Assembly (NCBI RefSeq): GCF_036321535.1
Contig: NC_087437.1
Location: forward strand, 81,222,001 to 81,286,000
Direction of reading: 5' to 3'
DNA from: Camelus dromedarius
Lineage: Eukaryota
DNA: 64,000 nt
Part shown: in pieces, positions 49,539-62,739 of the stretch
How the letters are laid out: every line of letters begins with the position of its first letter
Numbering within the stretch: the first letter of the stretch is position 1
Program-made: the position numbers and the translations under genes
Notes under the pieces: model-generated
Databases searched by the model: none
Told to the model about the DNA's origin: nothing
What the model saw: the letters and a program-made list of their open reading frames with translations, nothing else

Positions 49539-50284
49539 GTAATGACACATCTCAGCAACTTTTGTCCGCGTTGCCAGCATCACAGGAGAACCCAGGTTCT
49601 CCGTCATTGTGAATTCATGTTGCAGCATCAGTCTTTGTCATGGCACTTAATTTTCTTTCTAGGTGCTTCTCTTCATAACCATTGTCCACAAAGTATCTTC
49701 TCCCATTCAGTTTTGTGTTTAGACCTTGGTCTCTCTCTCAAGTCACCCAAAGTATCGAATCTAAAGCATCTTCTTTCTAACATTGAACATTCTGCCAGCT
49801 TGGTATTGTGTTGAATATTACAGATAATATTTTGTGTGTGATAATCCATTTATACTTTCTGCCCAAGCAACATACTTTGTATTAACCCTCATTTCATCCC
49901 ATTCATTTACATGTTTTTTTTTTTCCATTAGACAAGTAAAATTCAGTGCTTCTTAAACGGCTTATGCTTTAACAGTTTTTAGTACTGTTTTTCTCTTTAT
50001 GGGTAGTATTGAATGTATCTTTCTAGCATTGTTGGGGAGGTACTAGGGTGGAGTGCAGTTTTAAAAAATAAGGATATTTGAAAGTATTTTGTAATCTGGC
50101 ATCTCTAAGCAATTTTTAAATGCATTACGACGGAGTGCTATTTTGCTGCAGACTTGCTATTTTCTTTCTTTCTTTTCTTTCTTTTTCTTCCTTTTTTTTT
50201 TTTCCCAATCTTTTTACCATCCTTTCTGTCTTCTGTACTCAAGGTGTGTGAAACATTATAGTAACCCTGGGTACTTTCCTTCAG

Positions 50285-50359
50285 TTACCATAGAAACGTC
50301 ACCTCTGCCTTCCCAAACTGTAATCCTACCCAGCCCAGATGAGCCTCAGACCGACGCGG
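50285..50359 (+). CDS. ABI3BP: ABI3BP exon, 75 bp (or 66 bp from 50294), (V)TIETSPLPSQTVILPSPDEPQTDA
   Basis: tttccttcag acceptor with in-phase catag 9 nt later; G|gtaaat donor. Confidence 0.88.
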
Positions 50360-52594
50360 GTAAATACATTTTTTGTATTTCATGTAGAAGGTGAGTGTTT
50401 GCAGATTTTATAAGAATGGAAAGATAATACGTGGGCACCATTACTAGTTATCAGAAGCCCTAACTTAATCACTGCTCACAGGCTTTGATGGCTGATCCTG
50501 CGGTTCTGTGCCCCACTTCTCCTTCTGTCCACAGTCTATAGCCAGTCACGTAGCAGTGTTGTGAATATTCTTTAGGGCATAACTGAAAAGCACCTCTCAG
50601 CTACTCTGCAAGTTTTCTATACAGGAAACAGGACTGTTCCTGGGGAAGAACATTTATATTCTATTTTAAAATATAAATGTATACCCTAATTTTAAATAGT
50701 TTGTCATCTTGACTAATTTTACAAGGTCTCTGGCCATGTAAAAAGGACTTTAGGTATCTAACTTGTGTTTGAGAGTGACAGAAGCTTCCAGAAGTGGGTT
50801 TCACTGTGCAGTCCACATGAAGGGTACAACTGGCCAGTCAGCATGTCGTTATTCAGGTCCCTTACTTGTTTCTACTGCTCCTTCCTGTGGTGGTTTGGCC
50901 ATTTCACTGCATCCAAATAAGAGAAATCTTGAATCAAACCAGTTGCTTGGCAAGTCATAAAGATTTACTTGATGGTGGAATCTGACATTGAGGAAAACAA
51001 ATCATCAGCTTGGATAAATGTGCTGCTTCTTACAAGGGAAACTTCCCTCAATCTACAGGCATTCTTGGCATAGCAGTTTGTTAGAAATAAGCCCAAACTT
51101 GTATTTTGGTAGCCATTAAACTATTTCTTAGGGTTCTATTTCCAAAGGAGATATGGATATTAATTTCATTCATTGTCCTCTGAAATATCCTGTTAAACTT
51201 TGCCTATTCAATTCTGCAGTTTAATTTTTACCAAACTTCCACACTGACTGCACTAACTGGGTATGTGTTAATCATCTGTAACTTTTCCAAAGTTGTTTTC
51301 AGCAGCTGTAATCAATATGATTGAAATACTGAATTGTGAATATTAGTAGTGATACTAATCTCATTCATTCTGAATCATTTTTTGTAGAATTGCCTCATGA
51401 CATCCATCTCCCTGCAGATGGTCTCTCTTAGACCCTGAGGGAAGCAGATAGCCTATCAGTAGGAACCTCAGCAAGCAAAGGGGTTGAGAGAATATCACAA
51501 GACTACAGAAACTCTCGCAGTGTAGAATTTTAGGGTTGGAAGAGCTCTTAAAAATCCTGTTACTGTTGATGAAAAATCTGAGCCTGTAGACCAACTGATG
51601 AGCAAAGGGAGCACTAAATCTCCAGGTTCCAGGCTCCTAAACCTGTGTCATCTCCTGCGTAGCTTGTTTATCTCTCTACAGGCGAGAAGAGTCCACTGAC
51701 ACCACTGCAAGCCTTGTGTATTTTAAATATCAGGAAGAAGTCTCTACAGACTCTTTAGAAACTTCTTTTGTCTAATAACACTTACTTTCAGCAAGATTTT
51801 CTTAAGGTGCCTGAAACTCCATCACCGTGAAAACCATTTTGTTTCTTCTTACCTCTCTTTATCCCAAACACACTTAGCCCAACCAAATGAGTTATTTCCA
51901 CAAGCTGCCACCTTGCGTTCGATAATTCTATTCCTCCAGCAGAATATAATTTTAACTTTCTTGGTGAAGAAATAATTGATTTTTAACCTGAGTATCCTGG
52001 AACTTCTTTGGGAATTGCCCAGCAAAAGAATAATTTTCTTCAATAATGTATCCTTTCTATTTCTATTCAGTTTTTTTCCCCATATGACCAGTAAAAATTG
52101 TGTTTTGTTTAACAAGATGAATTTTTTTCCCATTAGCATTTACTATTAAGATGCATTCACTTTTTAGGTACATTTGGAATGTAAAAATGTATGCTTTTTA
52201 TTTTGAAGAAATCATATCTCTTTGCACTTAAAATATTATACTGGGATATTCTGATAGAATGATATTACCTAATAAAAAAGGGTGAATTCTTTTTATAAGG
52301 AAATTTATTTTTAACCTACTTAAAATGTACTTGAAGTAGATATTTATAAAATTCCAACAGTTTCATTTTCCAGCTGAATATCTTGGATACCAGTTAATGT
52401 GCCTTCTTGTGTTTTCCATTTTAATAAGAAAATTATCTTCCTATATTTTGTGGCTCTTTGGGAGATTTAATTGCATTAATTACTGTGTATTTAGGTCTTC
52501 AGTCACTCAACAAACATCTTTAAAATCCTAGAGGCTTAGGTATTGTGATTCTTAAAGAGCTCAAGAGCTCCAAACCTGTATCCTGTTTTTTTAG

Positions 52595-52669
52595 CTCTCA
52601 AGGAGATACCGCGAGCTCCTCCTAAACCAAAAACATCTCCACACCCACGAATCCCACAAACACAGCCAG
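52595..52669 (+). CDS. ABI3BP: ABI3BP exon, 75 bp, (A)LKEIPRAPPKPKTSPHPRIPQTQP
   Basis: tttttttag acceptor, CAG|gtaaat donor. Confidence 0.9.
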
Positions 52670-53104
52670 GTAAATGTGTGTTTTATATTCTGGCCTGAAA
52701 AGTTTGATGTTAGGGGAATTACTCTGTTGGCATTACAGCCAGTTAAGTTTTTAATCCTTGTAAAACAAGTCTTCGTTTGAAATCTAGTAAATGTTTACAT
52801 ATATTTTAGATATTTACATAGATTTACATATATTTTGTGTATTTTAGATATTTAAATATTTACATAAATTTTATCCTGTTTATCCAAAAGGATATTATTG
52901 GGGTAGCTTAGTCCAGAAAGCTTCCGTATTGTTGTATTATTTGAGAGCGTGATGGAGAAGAATGGAATTTCTTGAAAGAGTAGCCTGCCTATTCCCTTTG
53001 CCTCTCCCAACTTGAGAAACCCTTCCATGGTCCTTGAATCTCCTTCCCCTGCCAATCAGCTAATTTTTTTTTTTTTTTACCTTTCAGTAGATTTTTTTAT
53101 TCTA

Positions 53105-53233
53105 TTTTTTTATTGAAGTGTAGTTCATTTACAATATTAGTTTCAGGTGTATGGCAAAAGAATTCAGTTGTACATGTACATACATGTATATATTTTCTTT
53201 TCAGATTCTTTTCCATTATATGTTATTACAAGA
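53105..53233 (-). mobile_element. L1 3'-end fragment
   Basis: ttttttattgaagtgtagttcatttacaatattagtttcaggtgta pattern. Confidence 0.7.
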
Positions 53234-53759
53234 CAGTTTTTTTTTAACATTAATTCATGAAATTTTTTAACATATATCCTTTCCTATAAGGTAATGATTA
53301 CATAATATTGATTTGATTGTTTTGCTATAAATTTTGGGAAGGACCCAAATAAGAGTCAATATAAACTATTTTTTATTCTATTCAAGAAACTCTTACTTGA
53401 ATAACTAACTCTACCCTAACTTCTCAACGAAGATCTTGTTCAGTTTCTCCAACTGCCTTTACAGAGCACCATTTTGGGCTACCAGAAACTTGACATGCCT
53501 CAAAGAAAGCTTATCTTTTTCTCCTTTCATTTTTTCATTTACATCTGTTGCAGATTCTCAGTATTTGCCATTCAGTTTTTATTCTTTTTCTCATCCGGCC
53601 TCTGCAGTCCATCTGTTTTTCCAAACATCTCTAGCATTGATGCCTACTTAAGCATCTACCCAGTCATGCCTAGTCCATGGTCATTAATCAACTGATCTCC
53701 TGTTGCTCTTCTCTCCTAATTTAAAATTTTATCACTCCTTGATGCTTAAGTGATTGATT

Positions 53760-53875
53760 AATCCATTTCATCAGTTAGTCACTCAACAAATATCTGTGTG
53801 CCAGACAATGTGCTAGACACTAGGGATGTGAAACAAAATTTCATCCTTCCGTAGTCAAGGAAGTTACACTCTAGG
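53760..53875. mobile_element. L2 LINE 3'-end fragment
   Basis: cactcaacaaatatctgtgtgccagacaatgtgctagacactagggat motif. Confidence 0.6.
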
Positions 53876-54036
53876 CCAATCACTAAATTTATATTTATCA
53901 TTTATACATGGCCCACTTCCAAAAAAACCATGAGATTCACCGACTCAATTTGCTAGGAAAGGAACCCTCACCATCACTAATGGTCTGGGGAAAGGAAAAG
54001 GAAAATGTTAGCAGCATCAAAATTACACTTGATCCA

Positions 54037-54830
54037 AGAATAAAGACAGTCTCTTCAGCAAATGGTGTTGGGAAAACTGGACAGCAGCATGTAAATCAAT
54101 GAAGCTAGAACACTCCCTTACACCATACACAAAAATCAGCTCAAAATGGATCAAAGACTTAAACATAAGACAAGATACGATAAACCTCCTAGGAGAAAAT
54201 ATAGGCAAAACATTATCTCACATACATCTCAAAAATGTTCTCCTAGGGCAGCCTACCTGAGCAATAGAAATAAAAGCAAGAATAAAGAAATGGGACCTAA
54301 TTAAACTTACAAACTTCTGCATAACAAAGGAAACCATAAGTAAAACAAAATGAGAACCTATGGAATGGGAGAAAATTTTTGCAAACGATGAAACCGACAA
54401 AGGCTTATCTCCAGAATATATAAGCAGCTCATACAACATAATAAGAAAAAAACAAACAACCCAATCCAAAAATGGGCAGAAGACCTAAAGAAGCAATTCT
54501 CTAAGGAAGAAATACAAATGATCAATAGGCACATGAAAAAAATGCTCAGTATCACTAATTATCAGAGAAATGCAGATCAAAACTGTGATGAGGTATCACC
54601 TCACACCAGTCAGAATGGCCATCATTCAAAAGTCCACAAATGACAAATGCTGGAGAGGCTGTGGAGAAAGGGGAGCCCTCCTACACTGCTGGTGGGAATG
54701 CAGTTTGGTGCAGCCACTGTGGAAAACAGTATGGAGATTCCTCAAAATACTAGGAATAGACTTACCATATGACCCAGGAATCCCACTCCTGGGCATATAT
54801 CTAGAAGGAACCCTACTTCAAAAAGACACC
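54037..54830 (+). mobile_element. Internal L1 ORF2 C-terminal fragment
   Basis: Translates to [22 protein letters not shown]...[18 protein letters not shown], the L1 ORF2p Cys-rich region; no 3' UTR or poly-A. Confidence 0.95.
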
Positions 54831-55121
54831 TTTTGCATTAAGTTAATTGCTGTCTTTTCTGAAATGAAGATTTCAAAAAAACTCTTCATCCTACCCTTAG
54901 TCAAATTTTGCTGTTTCTTAGATTTCATTTTTCTTTAAGTATCTGGAATTCTAACCAGTCGATTTCTAGAGCTTAAGGGTTTTCTTTTCCGTCTAACTCC
55001 CATTTCAGTACTTTTTTTTTTCAATCAGTGGTCAGGCTTATACTTTGTCATACCTTATGTGTTAAGTATGACTGGGAGATGCTGAAACCAAATGACTCAT
55101 GATCTGAGCTCTCTCTTTCAG

Positions 55122-55196
55122 CTCCTCAGGTGTTGCAGCGTGTTACTCTGAAGCCAAGGACATCACCAAGTCCAGAAGTGTCCTATACTTCACCTG
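55122..55196 (+). CDS. ABI3BP: ABI3BP exon, 75 bp, (A)PQVLQRVTLKPRTSPSPEVSYTSP
   Basis: ctctctttcag acceptor, G|gtaaat donor. Confidence 0.9.
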
Positions 55197-57235
55197 GTAA
55201 ATGCTTTCTTTCCTATATAAGCCAAATGCATTCTATTGTCACACTCTGCTGTAATGAAACATGAAAGCTGATGGATGTGAGGTCACTATTTCAGTTATGT
55301 TCAGGCACCATGTTGTAGCATGCATGATATGACAATTTCGGAATGTTCATAACAGTAATCTAAGTGCTCATATAGTAAGCCACTTACACAATTAAAAGGC
55401 AGAGAATTATGCCAAGGGTAGAAAATTTCTTCTAGAATTAAAGTTTTCTCATTTTCTGACTTCTAAAAAATAACCTACCAATGTTAACTATGTTCTGCTC
55501 ATGTTTCACCAAAGTAAGATAAATAAAGGATTTGGGATTTTTCCTCAAAAATGATAAAATGTTTTACAAACAGAGAAAATGATGTTTAAACATTTTCTCA
55601 GGTTCAGAAATTTTGCACTGTCCAGCACTGAAAGTTTTTTTTTTCTTTTAAATTCATTTTTTACCAGTCCATGGAGCAATAGCTTGAGTTAAGAAATAAG
55701 AAATGTGTTTCACACACCAAAAATGATTTATTTAGCTACAAGTCTATTTCTTGCCTATCGTTTGAGAAGGCTTTTTTTGTCCATGAATGGAAGAAATAAC
55801 CTCACATTTGTGCGAGTAGTTAGAGTGGGGACTGCAAGAACCCACGCATTTCTCTAGTCTTCAAGTGACCACAGCAAGCCACTGTTAGCTTCAGTAATTA
55901 GTTCACTAATAAGCCAAACCAAGTTAATTTTTAACTAGAGTATCCAAGAATTCTGTAAGTTTTTCCTCTTAGTTTTTAAGGGTTCAGTGACTATAAATTC
56001 CAAGATGCCCTGTAGGCATATAGAACATCTCCAGAACCAAAGGATTTCTGAGCTGTAGCTTGAAATGATGGCATTTTGGAAGCGAGTGAGTTCACTTGCT
56101 GTCATGTTTCCAGGTTGTATAAGAAGAGGGTGTTCCTGCGGCTGCTGTTGGATTGTTAAATTGTTGCAAGTGGTAATGGACTACAAAAAGCCTCTTTTGC
56201 CCTGAAGTCTAGAATTTAAATTTGTACAGCTAAATGCAGCAGTCAGTATAAACACCACTAAGAAAAAAAAAAAAAGCTAATCTTCCCACTTGCAAAAGAT
56301 CTTCTTGTTTTCACTTGTGGGAAGAATGTGTAACAGAAATTGAGTCATTACAGATGACAACAGTAGATTTGAGTAATTTTATTCACTTTTCCTTTTTGTT
56401 AGAGAAAGTAGTACTGTTGGTCCTGATATGTAATCTCATTAAACCAGTGTCTCTAATAGTTAAACTTTTTCTTCTTTTTTTTAACGTCTTCTTTTTTAAA
56501 TTCCATTACCACCTAATTTTTCAGATACTCCAACCCGTAAGTTTGAGCCCTGGTAAAACGGCACAAACACTTCCCCTGAAGCCTTCACTGGGCTGATTCT
56601 GTTGACTCTCCAGTTCCAAATGTTCAGTTCGAATTCTGTCTCTTAACCCGGGGCCGATCCTGCCACTGTGTCCATCAGAGGTTCCCCTGCTGGTCCGGAG
56701 GTGTGATGCTACCAGAATAACCATAAGTCAATCATTACTGCTTTTCAGTTTTCTTACAAGTGTTCAAACACAGGATTCAACCCATTTTGGGGTTGTATCT
56801 AGGCTCAGGTTTGCATCCTAAGGAGCCCAAGACCTTGTTTACCGGCTCCTCAGAAAACAGGGTAAATTATGTGTATATTTGATGTGTACTCGTATCCTAG
56901 AGAGACACTCTAAAAATCTAGAAATGTGAAATGTAGTCCTGAAATCAGGACAGTTATATTTTATCATGATGTTTATCTCAAAATGTATTGCGAGACAGCC
57001 AACGTGACAAACTTGAATTTTTAGGCCTGTATCAAATAAGTCTGTCTCAAATGCTCTGTGCAGCTCTTCCATTCTGTAGATTCCTGGGCATAACATATGT
57101 TTCATCCAGTTAGGGCTTTAGAAAATATCTTTCAGTCACTCAGTTATATTATCTACTACACTTAAGGAGGAACCTAGACAAACAGCCCACACACCATGTC
57201 CAGAAATAAAGCAGAACTGACTTTTCTTCTGATCC

Positions 57236-58449
57236 ATCATTTCCTTGACATGGCTTCTCCTTCATACCATCCCTTTCTTGCTCTCATTGCTTTGATCTAA
57301 AACTCTGCCTGCCCTGATGCCTGGCTCAACAGAACTGTGCCTTCTTTGTAGATTTGTTCTGCACCAAGGGCTGCCTTGGCTTTGTGGTGACTCTTCTGGT
57401 CCACAGGTATTTGGATAGACTTTAGTCATTGGGAAGAAACTAGGAGAAAAAAAAAAATCTCAATTTCAGCAAGCTAACCAATCCTACAAATGTTCTATAA
57501 GTATTCTCTTCGGCAAATTCTAATTTTCAGTCACACTTCAGCATTTTTGCAGTTAGGAAAGGAGGGACTAATGCTAAAATGTCTTTTGGAAATGGAATGG
57601 CTGGGACCTAGACAATGACTGAATGGTGTTATGGAGAAAGGGATGACACTGTGGTTTTTAGCTCTGGGCTAAAAGGTGGTCAGTGATAATGCCATTAACT
57701 ACAGCAGGGGACACAGAGGAGGAATAAAGGCTTGTGTTTATATGTGCTAGGTTTAGAGGGCCAGCAGGACTGGTGGTTGAAATGTATTTTGGGATTTCTA
57801 AACAGAAGTCATTTTTAGGATGTAGATTTGGGAGTCATTTGTCTGCATATGGAAGGTTCTTAAAACTTGTGAGCGGATGATAACATCCAGGAGGAAGTAT
57901 AGGCTGAGAAATTAAGAGATGGGAGATCAGAGTCTGAGGGGACACAGTTATATTTAAGGAGTGCATAGAGGAAGAGGAACCAGCAGAAGTTGCCGTCAAA
58001 AATCAGAGAGTACAGGAAAGAGGGACTTGGCAGGCAAGGCAGGGAAGGGTGGCCACCAATGTCAGTGAGGTGGACAGGGGTCAGGAGGGCTGCTGGACTT
58101 GACTGTCGGGTCCAGAAGCCTGCATCTGAAACTCTGTGGGTCCATGCTTCAGAATTCAGCAATTTTCAGACTTTAGAAAGGTGAGACAGCACAGTCAATC
58201 GCCTCAGGTCAATGCTAGTCAGGTTTTTCTGTCAAATAAGTGAAGAGAAAAAAACCTTTCCATTTTCAGAACATTTTGAACTTGAGAACTCTGGCTGAGG
58301 CTGTGTGGATCCACAGTTGCAGGAGATCAGACCACAGTGGGTGAAGAAGATGCAGCTAAATGACCAGGAAGCGCAGGCAAAGTTTTAGATTAAAGAAATG
58401 AGAACAAGAAAGGGATTGTTTGAAGGGGAAGCCACGTCAAGGAAATGAT
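57236..58449. repeat. Inverted repeat: arms 57236-57312 and 58373-58449 (77 bp, 69/77 match, ungapped)
   Basis: Manual reverse-complement comparison. Confidence 0.9.
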
Positions 58450-58680
58450 TATTATTTTTAGGATGTTGGAAGATGTGAGCTGTTTTGTAGGTGGAGAGGG
58501 AGGGACTCATGGATAAATGGAAATACTGACTAATGGAGAAAAATATAAGATAATAGAAATAATGGAAAGTAAAAGATCCCAAAGGAGATGGGAGGGAAGG
58601 TGGCCCAAGAGCACAGGTGAAGCTCAGAAAGTGGCCTCTGAAAGGGCAGGAACCTCACTTCCTCTCAGACTGGACCTTAG
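57560..58680. mobile_element. Degenerate L2-like LINE fragments
   Basis: Purine-rich tract with gatgtagatttgggagtcatt and aatgccattaact motifs; boundaries approximate. Confidence 0.5.
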
Positions 58681-61109
58681 GGTACAAGGTTAGAATAAAG
58701 GAAGAGAGAATCCGGAGGTGAAAAGGATGTGTGGTCTACGTGTATTACTTTTCTAAGAGAATCTCTTTGTAGCCTGTTGCAGGGGTAAACTTACTGAAGA
58801 CTTCACGTCTGCCACCTGTATCTGAGTGACATGTTCGTTCTTTCATCTACTCTGGCAAAACATTCATGCACGTTCACTTACATTTGTCCATTTTGGACAT
58901 TTCCTTTCACAATTGTCTTGTTAGTTGAATTTTTCTTTGGAATGGTGCCCTTTATTCAAAAAGATAGTTAATACAACCAGTAAGTTAATTGGTTAGTTAT
59001 ATAAATGATAAGTTGGCTAATTCAAAAGGATCTAAAATATAATAATGATAAGTATCCTTGTACGGAAATCAAAACTGCCTTCTCAAGTAAATTGTCATGA
59101 TTTACATTGGTAAGGTTCCCCCAGCATGAGAGATTTCAGTTTTAGGAACCCTGCTCTTATTCAATTTAATATGCAGAGGAATGCCACATCGGGGAAAAAA
59201 AAGACTTGGCATTTCTTGGAGCTGCCGTTGACCAAGTATGAGAATGATTCATATCCCTTTCCTGTGAATATTTCTACTTCTTTCCTTTCCACTGATTTCA
59301 CCTGCTTTAGAAAGCCTGCCAAGGCAATTATTATATCATCACTTCATGGTTAAAAAGTGCCAGTTGCAGCAGCAGGAATCCCCATTACCCTCGTCTAAAT
59401 TCCTCAGTAAACGAAGGCAGGCAGTGAGTGATGTCTTTACAGTGTGGTGGGTTTATGGGTAGCACATTTCTTCTCAGCTTCTCCTTCCCTGAGTCCCACA
59501 CCTCTCTGTGCACTCCAGCTCTGTAACCATTAGGGTGCTTATAAACTGCAGGCTGCTTTGTATGGTCATGACCTTCCCAGAGCCACATCAAGCACCTTCT
59601 TCCTCACCCTCAGATAAGCATTTTGTTTGATTTACAATTGGAAATTCTTCCTCTTTTCTCCTTTGAATCCTTAAAAATACTACAGAGCATAAGTAAAATG
59701 GTCACTGTTGTGATGGGTTTTCTCTAACTCTGTCCACTACTAAGCTTTTTGAAGTTACCTTTTTTAATAAAAAGAAAACTCTTGACTTCAAGTTCCCCTG
59801 GTTGTTCCCTTTTAGCACATGGAAGTTCTAACTGAGCCCGTTTCTTCTCTGTGTACCAGATTCCACAACTATGATTTCACTGGGACTTACTAAGTGGCTT
59901 AAACTAAGAACAGATGTGATATCCAGGTTAAATGTGGCTCCCCAAAAGTCCCAGAAGAGAATGTCTGTTTTATATAACCTCTTTCCATACTAATGGTAAA
60001 GTGGTGCTTGGCCACCTCATGGTACAAAAGTTTTCTTCATCTTTGCCAGTGGCAGAGTTCTAGCCAGAATCCTAATTTTTTCCTCCCAGCGTCATATAAG
60101 ATGCAAGAAAACTACACTGCATACCAAAGGATTTATGAATTCAATGTGGTAGGAAAACGTTTCATTGAGTGAGCAGGGTTGAGAAGGACCTCCTTGTGGG
60201 GAAACTGAGTCAAAGAAATACATAATCTTGTTCCAGAAAGCAGATTTTCCATAGAAATCTGGTACTAGCAATAGGTAGCTCACCCTGGTATTTTTTCCCC
60301 AGTGAGAAATAAGATATCAAATTTCCAGCCTACTGTTTTATTTTGCCAAAATAGAACTGGACACAGGCATTAAAAATACAGTGGACATCAGGACTGACAA
60401 TGGGTAGATTTATCATTTAGCACATTTTCTCCTTTGTTTTTGTGTTAGCACCTATTATACTAGAAGCCATGTCACTAAGAATGCCAAAAATGTCAACATT
60501 TGCGTAGCACTTACTACGTAACAAGCACTCGTGAACTTTACATGTGGTATCTTCTAATGAGTGGCTGATTCCTTCTGCTCTGTTTTCTCCCCATAGAAAC
60601 TGTTAGTGCCTGTTAGAATAAAACTCTGTCCTCCTCTTACATATTCAAGAATTTGGCCTTCTTTTTTTTCCTGTTTTCCTCAACTTGCAGGCCATTTATG
60701 CACTTTATCTAAGATAATGTATTTTCTCTTACTATCAGTGGAACTTTAGCAGGAATATCATATGGTAGCTGACCACTTCGGACAAAAACTGACGTATTAC
60801 TTTGAAGACAACTTGAGGGAGACCTACCTCCTTGTGTAACTGTATCAGTCATGTCTTCCTCCTTTCCGCACCCCTCAAAGGAATCTTCAGCATGAACTGT
60901 AACCAGCTTTGTTCTCCTGCCTCTGGAACCTTCCCCGTGCAGTGACACTTTCCCATTTTGGAAAGAACGGTCCTCTTCTTGGCTTAACTCTTTGACCGTT
61001 GTGAAAACACCTTTGCTTCACTCATGCTTCCCAGGATTTTTTATCTGGGGGTTGTTTCCCTCCAGGCATGACATTTAGAGTACAGTGTTTTATCATCTTT
61101 TTCTTTCAG

Positions 61110-61169
61110 TTCCAAGAGATGTGCTCCTTCCCCATAAACCAGACACTGAAGTCTCTCAGAGAGAAACTG
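61110..61169 (+). CDS. ABI3BP: ABI3BP exon, 60 bp, (V)PRDVLLPHKPDTEVSQRET
   Basis: tttttctttcag acceptor, G|gtaaat donor. Confidence 0.9.
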
Positions 61170-61429
61170 GTAAATGAATTGTTTTATCTTCCCAGTTAGG
61201 TAGTATATTTTTCAAAAAAATCTTCCTGAGGTAAATATATTTTTGTAATGATTGTGTTGTGGAAGAAGTTCAGAAAAAATTATGGATATAAGATATATAT
61301 TTCTTTGGAGGAAGGTTAATCACACGATCTGTTTAAAATTTTTTCCTCAGTAGGGAATAGTATAAAATTGGTTCATCTTCCATGGAAGTATTTTGGCTGA
61401 ATAGTAGATCATACTAAAATTAACCTTTG

Positions 61430-61515
61430 TTTTTTTTTTTTTATTGAAGCATAGTTAGTTTACAATGCTGGGTCAATTTCTGGTGTACTGCATAACATTT
61501 CAGTCATACACATAC
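61430..61515 (-). mobile_element. Very short L1 3'-end fragment
   Basis: Poly-T + attgaagcatagttagtttacaatgctgggtcaatttctggtgtac. Confidence 0.7.
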
Positions 61516-61881
61516 TTCAGTTAAAAAAAAGGTTAAAATTTAAAAAAAATTGTAAGACATAATTATTAACTGAGCCAACCACTTTCGTCTTCTTTCAAAA
61601 TATAAACAACTACCTTCCAACTGTGAATATACTTTTAAGTAAGAAATCTGGGTGCCTACTCAAAAATTTTCCTCAAAGTGACAGGGAATAAGAACTTCAA
61701 AGTTTTAGCTAAACCAAGTTCCCTGGGTGGCATCTAAGATACAGAATTTTCTCATATTTATTATGAGTCTAAGAGAATGTTTAAATGTTCAAATGGATTC
61801 ATGTAGAAACACAGAAACCAGCTTTATTTCACAGGGTAGTGATCCTCATAAACCGATTTCTTTGGTTTGTTTTTGGCCTAG

Positions 61882-61929
61882 TTCTGCAACCTGTTACCTT
61901 TGAAACTGACCTCCCAGAGCCAACGATAG
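61882..61929 (+). CDS. ABI3BP: ABI3BP exon, 48 bp, (V)LQPVTFETDLPEPTI
   Basis: ttttggcctag acceptor, TAG|gtaatg donor. Confidence 0.88.
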   Translation, partial: FCNLLPLKLTSQSQR

Positions 61930-62229
61930 GTAATGGTCTTCCTGCTTGACCCATTCTCATTGTTTGCTTGGCTGCCATCAAGATTGCTGGTCTTTCTCAA
62001 GTGATCACGTGGAAACGTCATCTGTTCTCCATCCTCTTCATCATTTCATCTCATTATTTTTACTCTTTCCAAAACAGAAAGGCAATGGTTTCACTGTTCT
62101 AAAGGTGTGGTCTGAAGACCAACTTAAGGTAGCTCACTACCAGGTCCCTCGTCACCTACCTCACCTGTCTCCGTGTTCTAAATGATTCCACCTTATTCCT
62201 GTCTGTCTAGTTAACATTTTCTGCTGGTT

Positions 62230-62560
62230 TAGTGGTTCTTGGCTGTGGTGTTACAACACCCTAGCATGTTGTGAAAGGTGCTGGCAAGTAATTATTGTTA
62301 ATATTGGTCAAAGTACTGAGATTTGCCAATGGTTTGTTTTTAAAAATAAACTTGAGCAGCTTCCAGATGGTGGTGGCGGTGATGGCATTCTTTCTCCTGC
62401 TGTAATCCTGTGCACTCTCTTGGGTGGGAGAGCTGCAGCCGACACAGCCAGGACCACTTCTAACCCACCCCACCTTAACTGCGTACCGTCATGGAGTGTG
62501 CCAAGCACCAAATGTCATTTGTTATCTACCCTGGTGGAAAAAAACAGTTGAGAACCATTA
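62230..62560. mobile_element. hAT-Charlie-like non-autonomous DNA transposon, family not determined
   Basis: Terminal inverted repeats tagtggttct and agaaccatta (9/10). Confidence 0.55.
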
Positions 62561-62739
62561 TTCTAACATTCCACGATCGTTTTCCTGAAGGTTCTATGCA
62601 CACTTAACTTTCTTCTCCATGACTCACTCAACGTTTTCATTTTTCTATTTCAAATAAAGGAATCTCATATAATATTATTCTGGCTGGGTACTGGCCTTTG
62701 AATCTAAAGACTGACAACCTTGGTACTTGTTTTTTGCAG

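Noticed and set aside
52790..52870. AT-rich imperfect repeats of atttacata
   Set aside because: Low-complexity sequence with no sign of function
56749..56861. Possible exon ending at G|gtaaat
   Set aside because: The acceptors tested give 113 or 59 bp, not frame-preserving, and the peptide is unlike the array
59860..59926. Exon-like segment after tttcttctctgtgtaccag
   Set aside because: 67 bp with a weak gttaaa donor; possibly a relic but unsupported
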